Below, piece after piece: positions 13,116 through 26,050 of a stretch of 64,000 nucleotides of DNA. The stretch comes from Sphagnum compactum (taxonomy: Eukaryota): contig OZ234493.1 of NCBI GenBank assembly GCA_965153455.1, positions 3,100,001 through 3,164,000 of the forward strand, read 5' to 3'. Below the pieces are notes generated by a model that was not told where the DNA came from, did not search any database, and saw nothing but the letters and a program-made list of their open reading frames with translations. Within the stretch, counting starts at the first letter, position 1; every line of letters begins with the position of its first letter. The position numbers and the translations under genes are program-made.

Positions 13116-13772
13116 AGTAAGCAATTGTTGCATTTACAGCTCGTGCTGCATGATGAATAATGTATAGATGGCGACGTTGCATCTCAACCTGAACTGCATT
13201 TGCAACAAATTCTTCCTTTATTGTGTTGTGAACCCTATAAACACCCAAACACCACCAAATTAAACCCTAACACACCTTGGATGAAACAAAATTATTATAA
13301 AAAAAAGCATTGATTTTTTTTTTTTTACCTTCCATAAATCATTCTAGATTCATGGAAATCCAATACATTTGTCAACTCTTCTGTCCGACTTGCTTTAGTG
13401 GACCCTCGATCTCAATTTTTGACATCCCATGCCATCTTCAATCGTCATGCATATACAAAACAGATGGATCAAATCATCTCTTGTAAATCTTCATCTTTCT
13501 CCATCTGTGATGTTGTATCTTGAAGCACGCTTCCCACACCCCATGCATTAAGAACTAACACCTGCAACAGTTGCTCTGAAGCTAATTTGAGTAAAGCTGG
13601 TTTTGGGCTGCTACAAGTTGGTTGTCGTTTTCTAATAGAATGTTGCAAAAGACATATGTTAACAATTGTTCTTCAAGGCTTTACGATGAACATGAAGAAT
13701 GTGGGGAACTCATAATGTGGCAAACCCATTGACCTTCTTGGAGCAATGTGTTCTAACACTCTTTGATTGCCA
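13116..13772 (-). pseudogene. Decayed spliced ORF of unknown identity, probably transposon-borne
   Basis: Reads ...MEKDEDLQEMI*SICFVYA*RLKMAWDVKN*DRG...RMIYG, then a GT-AG intron, then RVHNTIKEEFVANAVQVEMQRRH...AY*. The TGA stops are consistent with CGA decay. Confidence 0.35.
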
Positions 13773-15346
13773 TTTATTAGTGTAAGTGATTTAAAAATCT
13801 GACCAAATTGATATTAAAACACAACGTTGTGATGAATGCAAGTGGTAACATAACTATAAGTTGAAGGGAGTACATTTCTCTACATTTTTTAATTACATTG
13901 CATGGGCTTTTGGTACATCCAACCATAACATAAATTAAATGACTCCCAAGGTTGTACATGAACACAATATACACTTGTTTAATTGTTGCTAATTTTGGTG
14001 AAACATGACTTTTGAAGTTATGGCATAATTCACCACATTTAGTAGAGTCTATGTGGTAGAAATTGTGAAGCTGCAAAGTTAATTTCCAAAAATTCCTATA
14101 CCACCATCTTGTCCAACAACTTTTGTGATGGTTTGTTCAATATTTGTGGTGGTTTTGTTATTTTTCTCACCTTGGACAAATTAAAATGCACTATTATTGT
14201 TTTCAAATTGCTTTAGATGTTGTGATTCAATTATATATTTCATTTGTGAGGTCTATTTGTATGTTATTTGAAAAGAATGTACAATTAATCCACAAAAGTG
14301 ATCATGCCCATTAACCTCAACAGGTTATGTTACAAGTGTAAATTATTCCTATATTATGTGGAATTATGAATATCCTAACCATATTGTTGTGTTGATTTCT
14401 TGTACATAAGGGGTAGAGGTCCATGTTCATTAAAGAATTTGTATTTTGGTGATCAAGAGTCCAAAAGGTCTAGAATCTTCATCAATCTTCAAGGAGGTAT
14501 GGGATTTGATTAAAATTTAGTCCACTGGATAACTACCCATGTACTACCATTGTAAATTAATGTAATTTCAAGCTATTTTGATTTTTTTTTAAAACTTATA
14601 GTTTGTTGTGTGTTTAGGTGAGTTAGGTTAGTTGTTTGGATGTACCACCATTTTGTTGTGGTTTGGATATGTTCAATTAGAAGAAATGTTTTTGTCAATT
14701 TGCTATGCATTTAAGGTGGGTTGCATGGTTGGCAAAGTTAGCTCCTTGGATGTATTGCCACTGCTTGAAAATATTGTAGTTTCAATATGTTCAATCAAAA
14801 AATAGATTGATGTTTGTCATGCATTTAAGGTGGGCTACAAGATTGGCAACTTGGTTGGCCATGTTCAACCATTATGTTGTGGTTTCAATACGTTCAATCA
14901 CAAAACAAATTTGATGTGGGATGTGTTTTTATTTTAGTTACAAAATTGGCAATCATTTATGTGTTTCAGAAGCTAGCTTAAACTTTCATGATCAGACTTG
15001 GAGGAATACTAGAAACCCAATTGAATCTTCTTGAAGGTTTGGAATTTGACTTATAGCTAGAAACAAGCTCCGCATACTACCATGTTTTTCTTCTATTAAT
15101 AAATATCCCACTAAGTAGGATCGAAAAATGACACATGAAGTTTAGGGTGTGTTTAGAGTTTGATCTACAAGTTTGGAAGAAGCCATAGGGTGTTAGGACA
15201 TGCAATCAATAATTTCAACAAACCGAAATTTACCCAACTTTGTGGGGTTACCCCCTTGATCCAATTGGGGTTACTTCAAATTGTTGAAATTGAAGGTATT
15301 TTCTTGGTGCATTCATTAGTCTTACTTGCATATATGTAGATGGCTA

Positions 15347-15603
15347 TTAAGAAGATTGCCAAGTTGTCCAAGTGGAAGAGACAACCAACTATTGCAACAA
15401 GGGGGCATAAAAGAAAAACACCTACTAAACATGGATGATGTGTAGGTATCACACAAGCATCAAAATGAACATGGTATAAAAAGATTACCAAGTTGTCCAA
15501 GTGAAAGAGACAATCAGTTACTACAACAAGGTGTAAAAAAAAAACACCTGCTGAACATGGGCAATGTGCAAGTATCACACAAGCATCAAAATGAACATGG
15601 TAC
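15347..15603. repeat. Two-copy ~128 bp tandem duplication
   Basis: AAGATT(G/A)CCAAGTTGTCCAAGTG...GTATCACACAAGCATCAAAATGAACATGGTA occurs twice. Confidence 0.85.
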
Positions 15604-16240
15604 TGTCCGGGTTCATTGATCCATGGATTCCCCAATGACCTCTTCATCACTCATTTTGAAGTATGCATTTATTTTGTTGTCATTAATATTGAACTTTATA
15701 TTGGAATGATGTTAAATGACAATCCAAATAATTGAGGTGTTGGAAAAAGATTGTTTTTGAATAGGCAACGTAAACAATGAGATAAAAACCCAAGGCATAA
15801 GTTCCAACTAACACATTTGGACATCTGCCTAAGTTTATTAGTTATTGGAATCTCTTCATGGGCATAGGGTTTTTGATTCCAAGTCATGCAAAGCATTGGA
15901 TTCCTCATAGTTTTTTATATCATCACTTAATTCATACCACCTAACAATTTTATCTTTAGTAAGGTGTGTTGTCAAATCATTTTTAGTTTATCTATGAATA
16001 ATTTGATTTTGAACATGGCTTATTTCAATTTCTCTATTGTGGATCTAGGGCACCAATAATAATGTTACAAGCCATTATTGTGAATCAAAGTCACAAGATG
16101 CCTCTATAGACTGTAATCGTAATCAAACTCTAAAAACTAGTTGTCTGGCTTTTGTGCGATTAATCATTCTTATGGGTCTAAGTTTACTAGGCTCAATACG
16201 AATTCATGGGCCTTTAGAACTTGCAACATGATTACAAGCC

Positions 16241-19033
16241 ATGGATGAAAAGTTGTGGCGAAGGGAAAAAGCCTATGCTAATGCAAAAAAATTGACCAAG
16301 CTTCCTTACAATTGCAATGTTTGCCATGGAGCCTGAGGGCTTGGACAAGGAAGTTGGTACGTCAACACCTTTACAGATTTGGATGTGATCTAACCTCACG
16401 CAACATCAAACTTGTTCTTGTAAGATTATGCTCCCTAAACTTGGTTTTAAATTCTTTGTAAGTTTGAGCTTGAATTACATTTAAATTAAGGGGGCCCATG
16501 TGGTTGTGGCAATGAATGACTTTGATGTTTGGGTTTTTTTTTCTACCTTTGGTTTTGTAGGATGCATCATCTAACTCCTCATATGAAAAATGGGTTGATG
16601 GAAGGGATCCTATTGTAACCCAACATGTTGATACACCATGTTGGCACCCAAAGTAATGAAGTGCCCAACACAGATGAAGTGGAATTAAAGGTTCATATGA
16701 TAGGAGCTCTAAATGATGCATGGTAGGCATCTAGGGTAGCACATGATGACATCCTACAACATCATGGGGTAGATCTCAATATGCAAAATCATGTTTTTGG
16801 TTTTACTAATGAGATGGAGTTTGAGATTGGGGGCGTGAACCAAACAACATTAGAGGATCCTCAAATTTTAAATTGCAAAGTCAAAGATTCCCTTGTATGA
16901 AGGATGGCAATTAAATAGGTTGACAAGTACATTCATGGTCCTTAATACTTATGCAACCCATAAGGTCACCAATGGATTTGTGGATGAGTTGTTGTTTTTA
17001 TTACGAAATTCAATTCTACCAAAACCTAACCATTTGCCTAGATCACATTATGAGGCAAAAAAGTTGATTCAAGGTCTTGGACTTGGGTATGTTTCAATTC
17101 AAGCTTGTGAAAACGGTTGTGTGTTGTATTGCAAGCAATATGCTACAATAGATCATTGATCAGTTTGTGGTGAAGTTTGGTATGTTTTTGGACTTAATAA
17201 GATGGCAAAGAAAGTCTTGAAACGTTTTCCCCTTATTCCTAGATTAAGGCGAATGTATCATTCACCAAACATTTCAAACCTAATGCGTTGGCACCATGCC
17301 AACAGAAGTCAAAACGGACTTGTTTGCCATGTAGTTAATTCCAAAACATGGGCACACATTGACAATTCATGGCCAAATTTTGCAAGTGATCCCCGCAATG
17401 TTAAGCTTGGGCTTGCATTGGATGGAGTGAACCCATTTAGGAATCAATCCACTACTTGGTGTACATGGCCAGTGACCATCCTAAATTACAATTTGCCTCC
17501 ATGGTTAACTATTAAGAAGTTATTTCTGATGCTTTCTTTATTAATCCTAGGGGAAAAATTGACGAAGAATAATAACATTGATGTTTACATGGCACCTTTG
17601 TTGGAGGAATTACATGAGTTATGGAAAGGTGTGGTTGCATGGGATGTGAGAAAACCAAAAAGGCATCACATGTTTACATTATGGCCTATTCTTATTTGGT
17701 CAATCCATGACTTGCTAGCTTACGGATTGCTTTCTGGTAAAGTGAACAAAGACTACAACGGTTGTCCTGCATGTGGCCCAAACGCATGTGTAGTCATCAT
17801 TCCAAAAAGCTTGGGAGAATTGTTTATGGATGTCACCGCAAGTGGTTGCAACCTACTCATCCATGGAGATCAAATGCAGCTTCCATGGGAAGTTTGAAAG
17901 AAAGGCAACCCCACCAGTCATGAAAGGATCTGAGGTCTTGGATCATGCTAATGCATATGAGATGTGGAAGTTGAATGGTGGGAAAAAAGATGATAACCCA
18001 TGTGTTAAATTAGAGTGAAGCGCAAGAACATTTTATTTGACTTGCCATATTGGAAGGTATTAGGACTAGAACCACATTAGGAAATTTAGTCTATTATTGT
18101 GTTGGGTACACAAATGGTGGGCATTTTTTTGCGAGTTTAAATGGACTACCCTTAGCTTCTATCTAAAACTTTCTTCATTTCTTTTCAAAACAAAGGCTAA
18201 CCTATGGCAATGATCTTTTGTTATGAACATTTTTGTGAATTTGTAAAACTTCTTAATATGACACACATTTAATTTTATGCATTGTGAGAATAATATGGCA
18301 ATTAATGTTTTGAAAACATTACTTGGTGAAAAAGATACAAAGAAGGTGCAGCATGATCTTTAGGCATGTGATATTCGACTTACTATGTGGTTATAGCCCC
18401 ACCCAACAAGGATTGGTGAAACCACCAACCCTATTGCCCCTTGGGTGATGCCTAAAAAAAAACGCCCTTTCTTTCTAGATTCCTTGGCCAAGTTGAATGT
18501 GCTAATTGGGTACAATGCAGGGTTCAAAAAACATGTAAAAGGTAAGCTCAAAGCTATGAAGTCCCATGATTATCATATTTTGTTTCAGCAAATTCTTCTA
18601 GTTTGTACAAAACACATAATGATTTAGGAGCCTAGGGTAACCATCTTGTGGATTTGTAAAATTTTCCAGCTCATATGCACCAAAGTATATGATCCATCAA
18701 CATACCATGTTTTGAAGGTTAGGATTATAATGACATTATGCCTTCTTAAGAAAGTATTTCCTCCTAGTTTTTTTGATTTAATGATGCACCTTGTAGTCCA
18801 CTTAATTGATGAACTCGACATATGTGGGCCTGTACATTTTTGTTGGATGTATCCCATTGAACGTGCCATGAAGGACTTGAAAGGGTATGTCCAAAACATG
18901 TGCAAGCTAGAAGGGAACATGGTAGAAGGATACATTTTTCATGAGACCTTAGGCTTTTGCGCATAATACATGCAGAATTTCACTCCAACCACAAGGCTTG
19001 TATGGGATTCTAATGAGGAAAAAGGGGTAGCAA
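16241..19033 (+). pseudogene. CACTA/En-Spm Tnp2 (TnpD-like) transposase relic
   Basis: ACENGCVLY, FPLIPRLRRMY, DPRNVKLGLALDGVNPF, YNLPPW, IDVYMAPLLEELHELWKGV, KSHDYHILFQQ, FPPSFFDLMMHLVVHL, GPVHFCWMYPIER. Has frameshifts and is truncated at the 3' end. Confidence 0.93.
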
Positions 19034-20483
19034 AAATCCAACAAAACCATTACATGTTTTTTTAACATGATGTGTAAGAACAAGAAAAATGTATATATTA
19101 ATGTGCATCATACAAAACATGTTACAATATTATATAAAAGAAATTACAAACATTGATCCTCTAAAACCAAAAGTGATAAAATTATTAACATACATAAAAA
19201 AAACAACATTTGATATTAATGGTACCAGAATACATTATGCACTTGTAATACCGTTAAATAAAATTTTTAATGAATTCAAAACATTAAATGATGAAAAATT
19301 GACACGTTAATAAAGACATTTGATCAACTTCAATTAATAATGATAGATGAAAATTTTTAAGTAGGTAATAAAATGTTAACATTTATTGATCATAAATTAT
19401 GTGTAATTAAACAAATTCATAATCAATTCATGGGTGGTCATGATGTCATAATGACAAATGACCTTTACCAAGCTCCACTAGTTTGAGATTTATGGATTTT
19501 CAAATTTAAAACCAATAGTTTAAACATCTTTGGAACAAACCTTTGGCATGAAAATATGAAATGTTATGAATTAAAATAAGTGATGAGACAAAATGATATA
19601 AATTTCATTGACATTTTGAATAGGTTTGTAACAACATCACAAACATTTGAAGACAATTTTGTAAATAAAATTTGTTTTAAAACATCACCTATGGATAACA
19701 TCTTACCATATTTGTTTTATACAAATGCTACAAGAAATGTTACCGTTGTTCACCAAATGCTTTTATTACATTTTGAGTGAATTCACTGGTCTTAACGAAC
19801 ATGACCTAGTGAGAAAGTAGTGAATTCCTTGGTTTAGTGAATAGGGACTAGTAAACTGCACCCACATTTTGTAGTAGTATAAAACAACAAATAATAACAA
19901 TATATTTCATACAACACTTGGTCAAACATTTAAATATTTAGTCCAAGATATCCATTTTGACACATGTCCTTCTCATTTCGAAGCATCAACTATTCCAATT
20001 CAAACGAACAGTTTTCATCATGAATTGTTGTTTGAAAAGACATAATGTTAGTAAAATTGTGTGTAGGAAATTATAACACATTAGATGGTCTTGTAAATGG
20101 TGCAAATGGAACATTCAAAGATTCCACACAAACTTTTTCAAAATCATTTATATGTTGAATTCATGATTACATCATTTAACAAAAATATGCCAAAAGTTAT
20201 ATATATAATTGCAGTTTACAAAGCCCCCAAAATTAAAAATTATATATTTTAATTCAAATTTGAAAACCATATTAAAAGACATGCCTAAAAATTATCCAAC
20301 TAGTTGAAACTCGCTTTTTCTAAAAACACAACCATTAATAATATACAAATAGACCATATTTGAACGAATGCACCAACACAACAATGTCATTTGAAAGTAA
20401 CACAAACATATTGGATAGACCATAAACCTGTATATTTCACATTTAAATTACCATATAATGTTCCCCAATTTATTTTACCATAA
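19034..20483 (+). mobile_element. Helitron-superfamily relic: PIF1 helicase followed by an EEP/AP-type endonuclease (Helentron-like)
   Basis: Helicase: INGTRIHYALVIP, LIMIDE..VG, FMGGHDVIMTNDLYQAPLV, MRQNDINFIDILNRF, GNYNTLDGLVNGANG. Endonuclease: YIIAVYKAP, TTINNIQIDHI*TN, YWIDHKPVY, stop at 20481-20483. Confidence 0.75.
19726..19876. mobile_element. Small degenerate CACTA-like insertion within the helicase relic
   Basis: TGCTACAAGAAATG ... CATTTTGTAGTA resembles decayed CACTACAAGAAA termini. It interrupts the helicase frame just after YLFYTN. Confidence 0.45.
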
Positions 20484-21334
20484 ATATATTACATATCAAA
20501 TATATATCATCTATGTTTTCTAAAAACAAAATCCATCAATTGCCATTTAAATTGAAATTAAATTATGAGTAAATTTATAGTTTCAAAATAATAATTGAAC
20601 ATTAAAATTGTGAACCAAAAAAATAATTACAAGACAATATAGTATAACAATTCAAATAAACAAACACAAATAACAACAACAAATTCACCTTTAAATTACA
20701 CACCAAGTTAATTATTCACATACTTATTTAAAAAAAATTTGAAATAAAATAAACAAACAAGACAAATATACATTCCTGCATACTTAGCTATCTACATATA
20801 AATTTATTTAAAATATATGGGATATCACACTTTTTCTTACTCCTTTCCAAGTGAGAGGGATCCTTCCTGTATTATTCCTTTCCTGTAAACCCAACCCAAG
20901 TGGGTTAAGTGGGTTACTATTATGTAGGTAGGGTAAGAAGCTAGGTAGGGTGCTAACTGGGTAGATGCATGTGGTTAGAACATAAGTTAGTTAATCACCC
21001 TGGTTAGCTCTCTAGGACGGACGGGGGGCGGAAATCGAATGAAAAACAAAAAAAGTTTTCCATGTGCATATATCATTCATCCGGTACGGTGAGCTAGTAG
21101 TGGGTGCAGCCAGTTCATTCTGCCCCGGAAAACCCACAAAAAGTAATAAATAGCCGTAAAAGACTTGCTCGGATTCTTTTAGTTGTACCCGTACATACTA
21201 CAACCGACAATCAATCGGGGCCGACAATTGGGCACTTCTTTGACGAAAACTTAATTAGTTTAGAAAAACGAAGGGTTTGATAGTCTCAAATTTTTTGTTT
21301 CGGAGTTCGAATAATTGAGGAATAAGTATGCAAA

Positions 21335-21369
<35 letters not shown>

Positions 21370-22307
21370 TTGTTTTTATGTATTTGTAATAGTAGCCTAA
21401 AACCCGTGGTTGGGACAAGAAATAATAATTTTTCATAAGTTGAGAGAGTTTGATTTTTTCAACAATTTTGGCAAATATCAATAAAACATTCTCTTTTTTT
21501 CCGGCTAAACATTTTATGAATTATTTTGTGTCGAACATTAGTCGTTGTTCGCATGGTAATTAGAGTCTTTACGCTCAATAAAGCCCTTTGCCAGGGGGCT
21601 TTAGCGGAATCAGGCCCACCTCACCCAAGCCCTTATTCCGGTAAAAAGCCCTTGGCCTCGGCCTTAACTATTTTTTTTAAAAAAAAGAAAAAAGAAAAGG
21701 TCCCAAACAACATATGGTCAATTGGAACTTTTTGGAAAATTTCAAAAAAAGATTGCCACATTTCGAGGAAAAAATAAATTGAAATCGCCAAAGTCTTTTT
21801 GGGAGGATTTGGGCAGAGTTTTAGCTTTCTGCTTCTGAGAATCGCCATATTTAGGTAAATGGGTTCTACTGGTTTCCAACATGTAATAAGATTCCTAGAT
21901 TTTTGTATTTCTTTATTAGTCTTGTAGCCAGAATTTTTTTTTGGCTAAATCCTCTTGATCACCACTTTTGGAGCAACATGAGAAAATTGAAAAAGAAAAA
22001 GAAAAAAAAAAGAAAACACTGATGAGGAGTGAAATGATTCCAATTTTCGCCACAATTTGATAATTATCGATAATTATGATGGTTGTTTTCCAACAACTCA
22101 GCTTCATATTTTAACCAAAATTCATTTCATTATTTTAAAGATTATTTAATGACGAAATTTGGCTACCCCTAGAGTAAAGTATTGAAAACTTGGCAAAATT
22201 TTCCTTAAATAGAATGAGTCGAATCTACACTTGGAAATAGTAATAATAATAATAAAATTCCCCCAAAAACTTCCCAAATTTTTGGTCGAAAAACCTTTAA
22301 AAACATT

Positions 22308-22450
22308 TCCGTCCGTCCGGGCTGCCCGGAGTTGGTCCCCGCTGTTGCCCGCCGTTCGTCCGTCCGTCCGTCCGTCCGTCCCCACTGTTGCCGGCCGGCC
22401 GGCCGTCCGTCCATCCATCCATCCGTCCGTCTGTCCGTCCGTCCGTCCGG
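22308..22450. repeat. (CCGT/CCAT)n microsatellite in the GC-rich 5' region of the E3 ligase gene
   Basis: Directly visible runs of CCGT. Confidence 0.85.
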
Positions 22451-23511
22451 TCTGCCCCGCGTCGGTCACTCCTTCTTCGCGGCCTCTTCGTCGGCCGCTT
22501 CGTCGTCTTGCCTTTCGCGTCAAGGTCTTGTTCTTCTGTGCCTGCTTTGTGCTGGGCGGTCGGTGGTGGCGGGGGTGCTGGTCGCTGGGGGAAGAAGAAG
22601 AAGGAGAAGGAGAAGAAGCAGGGGACTTGTAGATGGGATTTTGTGGTGAAGAACATGATGATGAGCACAAACAGTTTGCTGTCCTTTTAGGTTTTGGTGA
22701 AGCCCATGGGCACTGACGGAGGACGGTGAACGGGTCTCTGGGGTGGTGAAGAGGGGAAGAGAGAGCGGCAGGCAGGCAGGCAGGCAGGCAGGCAAGCAGG
22801 CTTGAGGAAAAAGGAGGAGTTGGCTGGGCGCCTTCTTTTGTGAGGTTGGCTAAAACTCTGCCATGCCTTACGAGTAAGCTTTTTTTGGGTGGTTGGATTT
22901 AGGTTTTGTGGGTGGGTGGGTGGGTGGTTGGGAGGAGAAGCTGGCTTTTTTCTTTTGTTTTGGGTTTGTTTAGATCCAGAGAATTCAGCAGGGTTCCTAA
23001 TTTCTCACGAGTTTTTATTATTTCCATAATAATAGTTATTCTGTCATAAGTTGTTTTTGTTTTGTTTTGTGGGTTGTGAAGGAAATCTAGAGGGGAAGAA
23101 GAGGAGGTTGCTTTTGAAGGTTTTGTGAAGGAGGAGGAGGAGGAGGAGGAGGAGGAGGAGTCTGGGTTGTGTAAGAAAAGAGAGGAGATGGGTGTTGGAA
23201 AACAGGCTGTGTGGTTGTTGATGTGGTGAAGGAGGAAGAGGAGGAGTAGAGATTTCTTATTGACCTTGGTGGGATTTAGGTTTGGAGATTTGTTTTGTTT
23301 TTGTTTGGTTTCTCTGGAATTGATTCAGGACAAAAGAATTGTGGTGGTGGGTTTCCAATTTTGCAGCTGGTGGTCACATGTTTCTTTGTGGGCTGCAGGG
23401 ATCCAGTGTGGATTTTGGAGGAGGAGGTTGTGGTTTCGAAGGTTGAGGTACTGTTGTGTTGCTACAACAAGAAAGGAGGGGGTGGGTGTGTTTTTAGATT
23501 TTGAGGAATAC

Positions 23512-24927
23512 ATGACGTCGGTAGGAGGCTCGCAGTATTGGTGCTATCAATGCAATCGGACAGTGAGACCCAGCACAGATGATATAATCTGCCCTGACTG
23601 CAATGATGGCTTTGTGGAGGAGGTCGACAACAGCTCAGTAGCTGTAGCAACAGTAGCAACAGGAGGTGGTGCAGATGGGCCACCAACCCATCTGCCAGAC
23701 ACCTATCCATTCCCTGGTGGTTTGCAAGGAGATGTGGATTCCTTGGATAATCCACGAGGAGGAGGAGAGGGGCCAGGGGGGGTTCCAGCAGGATTTCGGC
23801 GCTATCAACCTGGACAAAGAGGACAACGACCATTTCCAGGAGGCCAACCTGCATTTCTTCAAGTGCTGGAGGCCATGTCGGCTGTGCTCCAGCAAATGCA
23901 GGGACCACAGGCAGGCCAAGAAGGTGGGGAAGGTGAGGCAGGTGGGGATGCAGCAGTGAGGGGAAGGCCTGGGCCAGGACCTGGAGGAGGAGGAGGAGGA
24001 GGAGGAGGAGGAGGAGGAGGAGGAGATATCTTTCTCTTGCAAGGCCAGATGCAGAACTTTTTTGGGGGCGGAGGCAATGTTGAGGTCTTTTTCGATAATG
24101 GGACAGGAATCCCGAGACGGCTGCCAGGAAACTTTGGAGACTATTTCTTAGGACCAGGGTTAGATCAGCTCATTCAGCAGCTTGCAGAAAATGATCCCAA
24201 CAGATATGGAGCACCCCCTGCATCCAAATCTGCTGTTGAAGCGATGCCCACAATTCAAATATCACATGAGCATCTTGGGACTGATGCAGCACAGTGTGCA
24301 GTGTGTAAGGATGAATTTGAAATTGGTGCTCAAGTGCGGCAGATGCCTTGCAAGCATATGTATCATGAAGATTGCATTCTCCCATGGTTGGCGCAGCACA
24401 ACTCATGCCCTGTTTGTCGGTATGAAATGCCCACCGATGATACTGATTACAATCAAGCACGGTCCTCACAGCAATCAAACTCTTCTGCAGTTCCAACTGC
24501 TGCTCCAAACTCGGGGAACACACAACCTGGGGCTGATGCTGGGCCAGCAACCCCTGGTGGCTTCACATTCTGGGGTTCACCTGCATCACATGGTGTGACT
24601 GGTGTACCTCATGGTGGGGCCGAGAGGAGTTCTGCTGGCTCAGGAGTTACAACACAAGGGGCTTCCATACCAGGACCAGCTCCAAGTGGTGGTGGTGGAG
24701 GGGGAGGAGGCAGACGATTTTCAATCCAACTTCCCTGGCCTTTTCGTTCCTCAGCTCCACCACCAGCTCCTGCTCCAAGTGGGCAAGCAGAATCCTCAGC
24801 ATCAGGTGCTCATGGTGCTTCTTCAGGAGGAGGAGGTGGCCCCAATCGGGGGTCCGAAGGAGGTCAAAGGACAGATGACGATGGTGATCACACAATGTTT
24901 GAAGCAAGGCAGGAGGATTTGGATTAA
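23512..24927 (+). CDS. RING-H2 E3 ubiquitin ligase with N-terminal zinc ribbon (BTL / RNF126-Rabring7-like), 471 aa, intronless CDS
   Basis: YWCYQCNRTV...ICPDCNDGFVEE; GDYFLGPGLDQLIQQLAENDPNRYGAPPASKSAVEAMP; RING-H2 CAVCKDEF...MPCKHMYHEDCILPWLAQHNSCPVCR. The first ATG is at 23512. Confidence 0.95.
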   Translation: MTSVGGSQYWCYQCNRTVRPSTDDIICPDCNDGFVEEVDNSSVAVATVATGGGADGPPTHLPDTYPFPGGLQGDVDSLDNPRGGGEGPGGVPAGFRRYQPGQRGQRPFPGGQPAFLQVLEAMSAVLQQMQGPQAGQEGGEGEAGGDAAVRGRPGPGPGGGGGGGGGGGGGGDIFLLQGQMQNFFGGGGNVEVFFDNGTGIPRRLPGNFGDYFLGPGLDQLIQQLAENDPNRYGAPPASKSAVEAMPTIQISHEHLGTDAAQCAVCKDEFEIGAQVRQMPCKHMYHEDCILPWLAQHNSCPVCRYEMPTDDTDYNQARSSQQSNSSAVPTAAPNSGNTQPGADAGPATPGGFTFWGSPASHGVTGVPHGGAERSSAGSGVTTQGASIPGPAPSGGGGGGGGRRFSIQLPWPFRSSAPPPAPAPSGQAESSASGAHGASSGGGGGPNRGSEGGQRTDDDGDHTMFEARQEDLD

Positions 24928-26050
24928 CTGCTTTTTGCTGCAGAGTTGATGGGGGAAAGTGGGGCGGGGGAGGCTTGAATGGTGGAGTGCTCTCTTCAGC
25001 AATGGAGACGCTTGTTGAGGGATTAAGGAGATCTCTTTCAGGGATTGTGACCAGATATTTCTTTTTAACCTTATGATCAGGTCATCTCACAATTTCTATT
25101 CAGATGGACTTCGATTGTAAGTTTGAGCAGTTCTCAATTCTTATGAGAAGCTATTTCAGGGATTGTGATTAGTAGAGGTCGGGGGGGCTGTAGATGAGTT
25201 GGATAGGCTGAAGTTTGTGTGGGTCTTTTAGGGCACGATTTGTATTTTGGGAGCTATCTATCTACCTCTTCCATAAGAGAAGCTTGATCGTAAAGCCACC
25301 AAATTTCTAGTAGAAAGTATTGGCCCAGAGTCCTAGCACTTGTTCTAATTTTCTCATAAATCATTTGGATGCAAATAGTTTATATCCATGGCAAGTCCAC
25401 ATGCCACTCTCTTTGCCTCAAACTTTTTGTGTAGGACTTTTCCCAAGAGTTGAAAGGTGCAGAGGCCTTTTTGCTGTTTGTGTCCTTACACAGTTGAGCA
25501 GAATCAGAGAGTGATTGAATTCATGAGGAAGGATAGGTAGGCTTGGGAATCCCGCAAAGGTCATTATCTGATTAGCTATGATTATAAGCAAAGGAATAGG
25601 TAATTAGTATCTTCTTTCTTTGTCCCCTTGTGGATCATTATGTGTTTTTGCAGAAAACAAAAATTAATCAGATGAATAAGTTGTTCAGCACATATTTGTG
25701 TAATCAAAGAATTTGGCTTCGCACCTCATATGGCAGTTCTTGACATGCCTGTTGTTGTCATACCTGTGCTTAGTCTGAAATTTAGGGTTAGTATTTCCTG
25801 TAGTCTTCATAGAATCGTTTGCCCAAAATATTGGGTGGATTATAACATAATTATATCCCACCATCAGGGAGCTGATGATGTTAGTGGGTAGTCATGGCAG
25901 CTTTACTCTGCTACTTTTGATGAAGGTGATGATATGTGCAAGTCTGGTGAGGTGACAACTGCACTTGGTGTCATGTTACCTTCAAATTTGTTGTTGTGGA
26001 TATTTCTCTGCAAGTTTCTTAGATTTATGCAAATTGATGTTTACTAGATC

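Noticed and set aside
21337-21368. Long poly-C tract (also ~59168-59190)
   Set aside because: Simple homopolymers whose length is unreliable in assemblies. No evidence of function.
22018-22050. Hammerhead-like CTGATGA...GAAA
   Set aside because: Stems II and III cannot form.
22146-22795. Several overlapping 70-174 aa ORFs
   Set aside because: They are by-products of stop-poor CCGT and GGCA microsatellites in a GC-rich leader.
23260-23511. 84-aa N-terminal extension of the E3 ligase in the ORF track
   Set aside because: It starts at TTG and reads like leader/intron sequence. The family's zinc ribbon begins right after the ATG at 23512.
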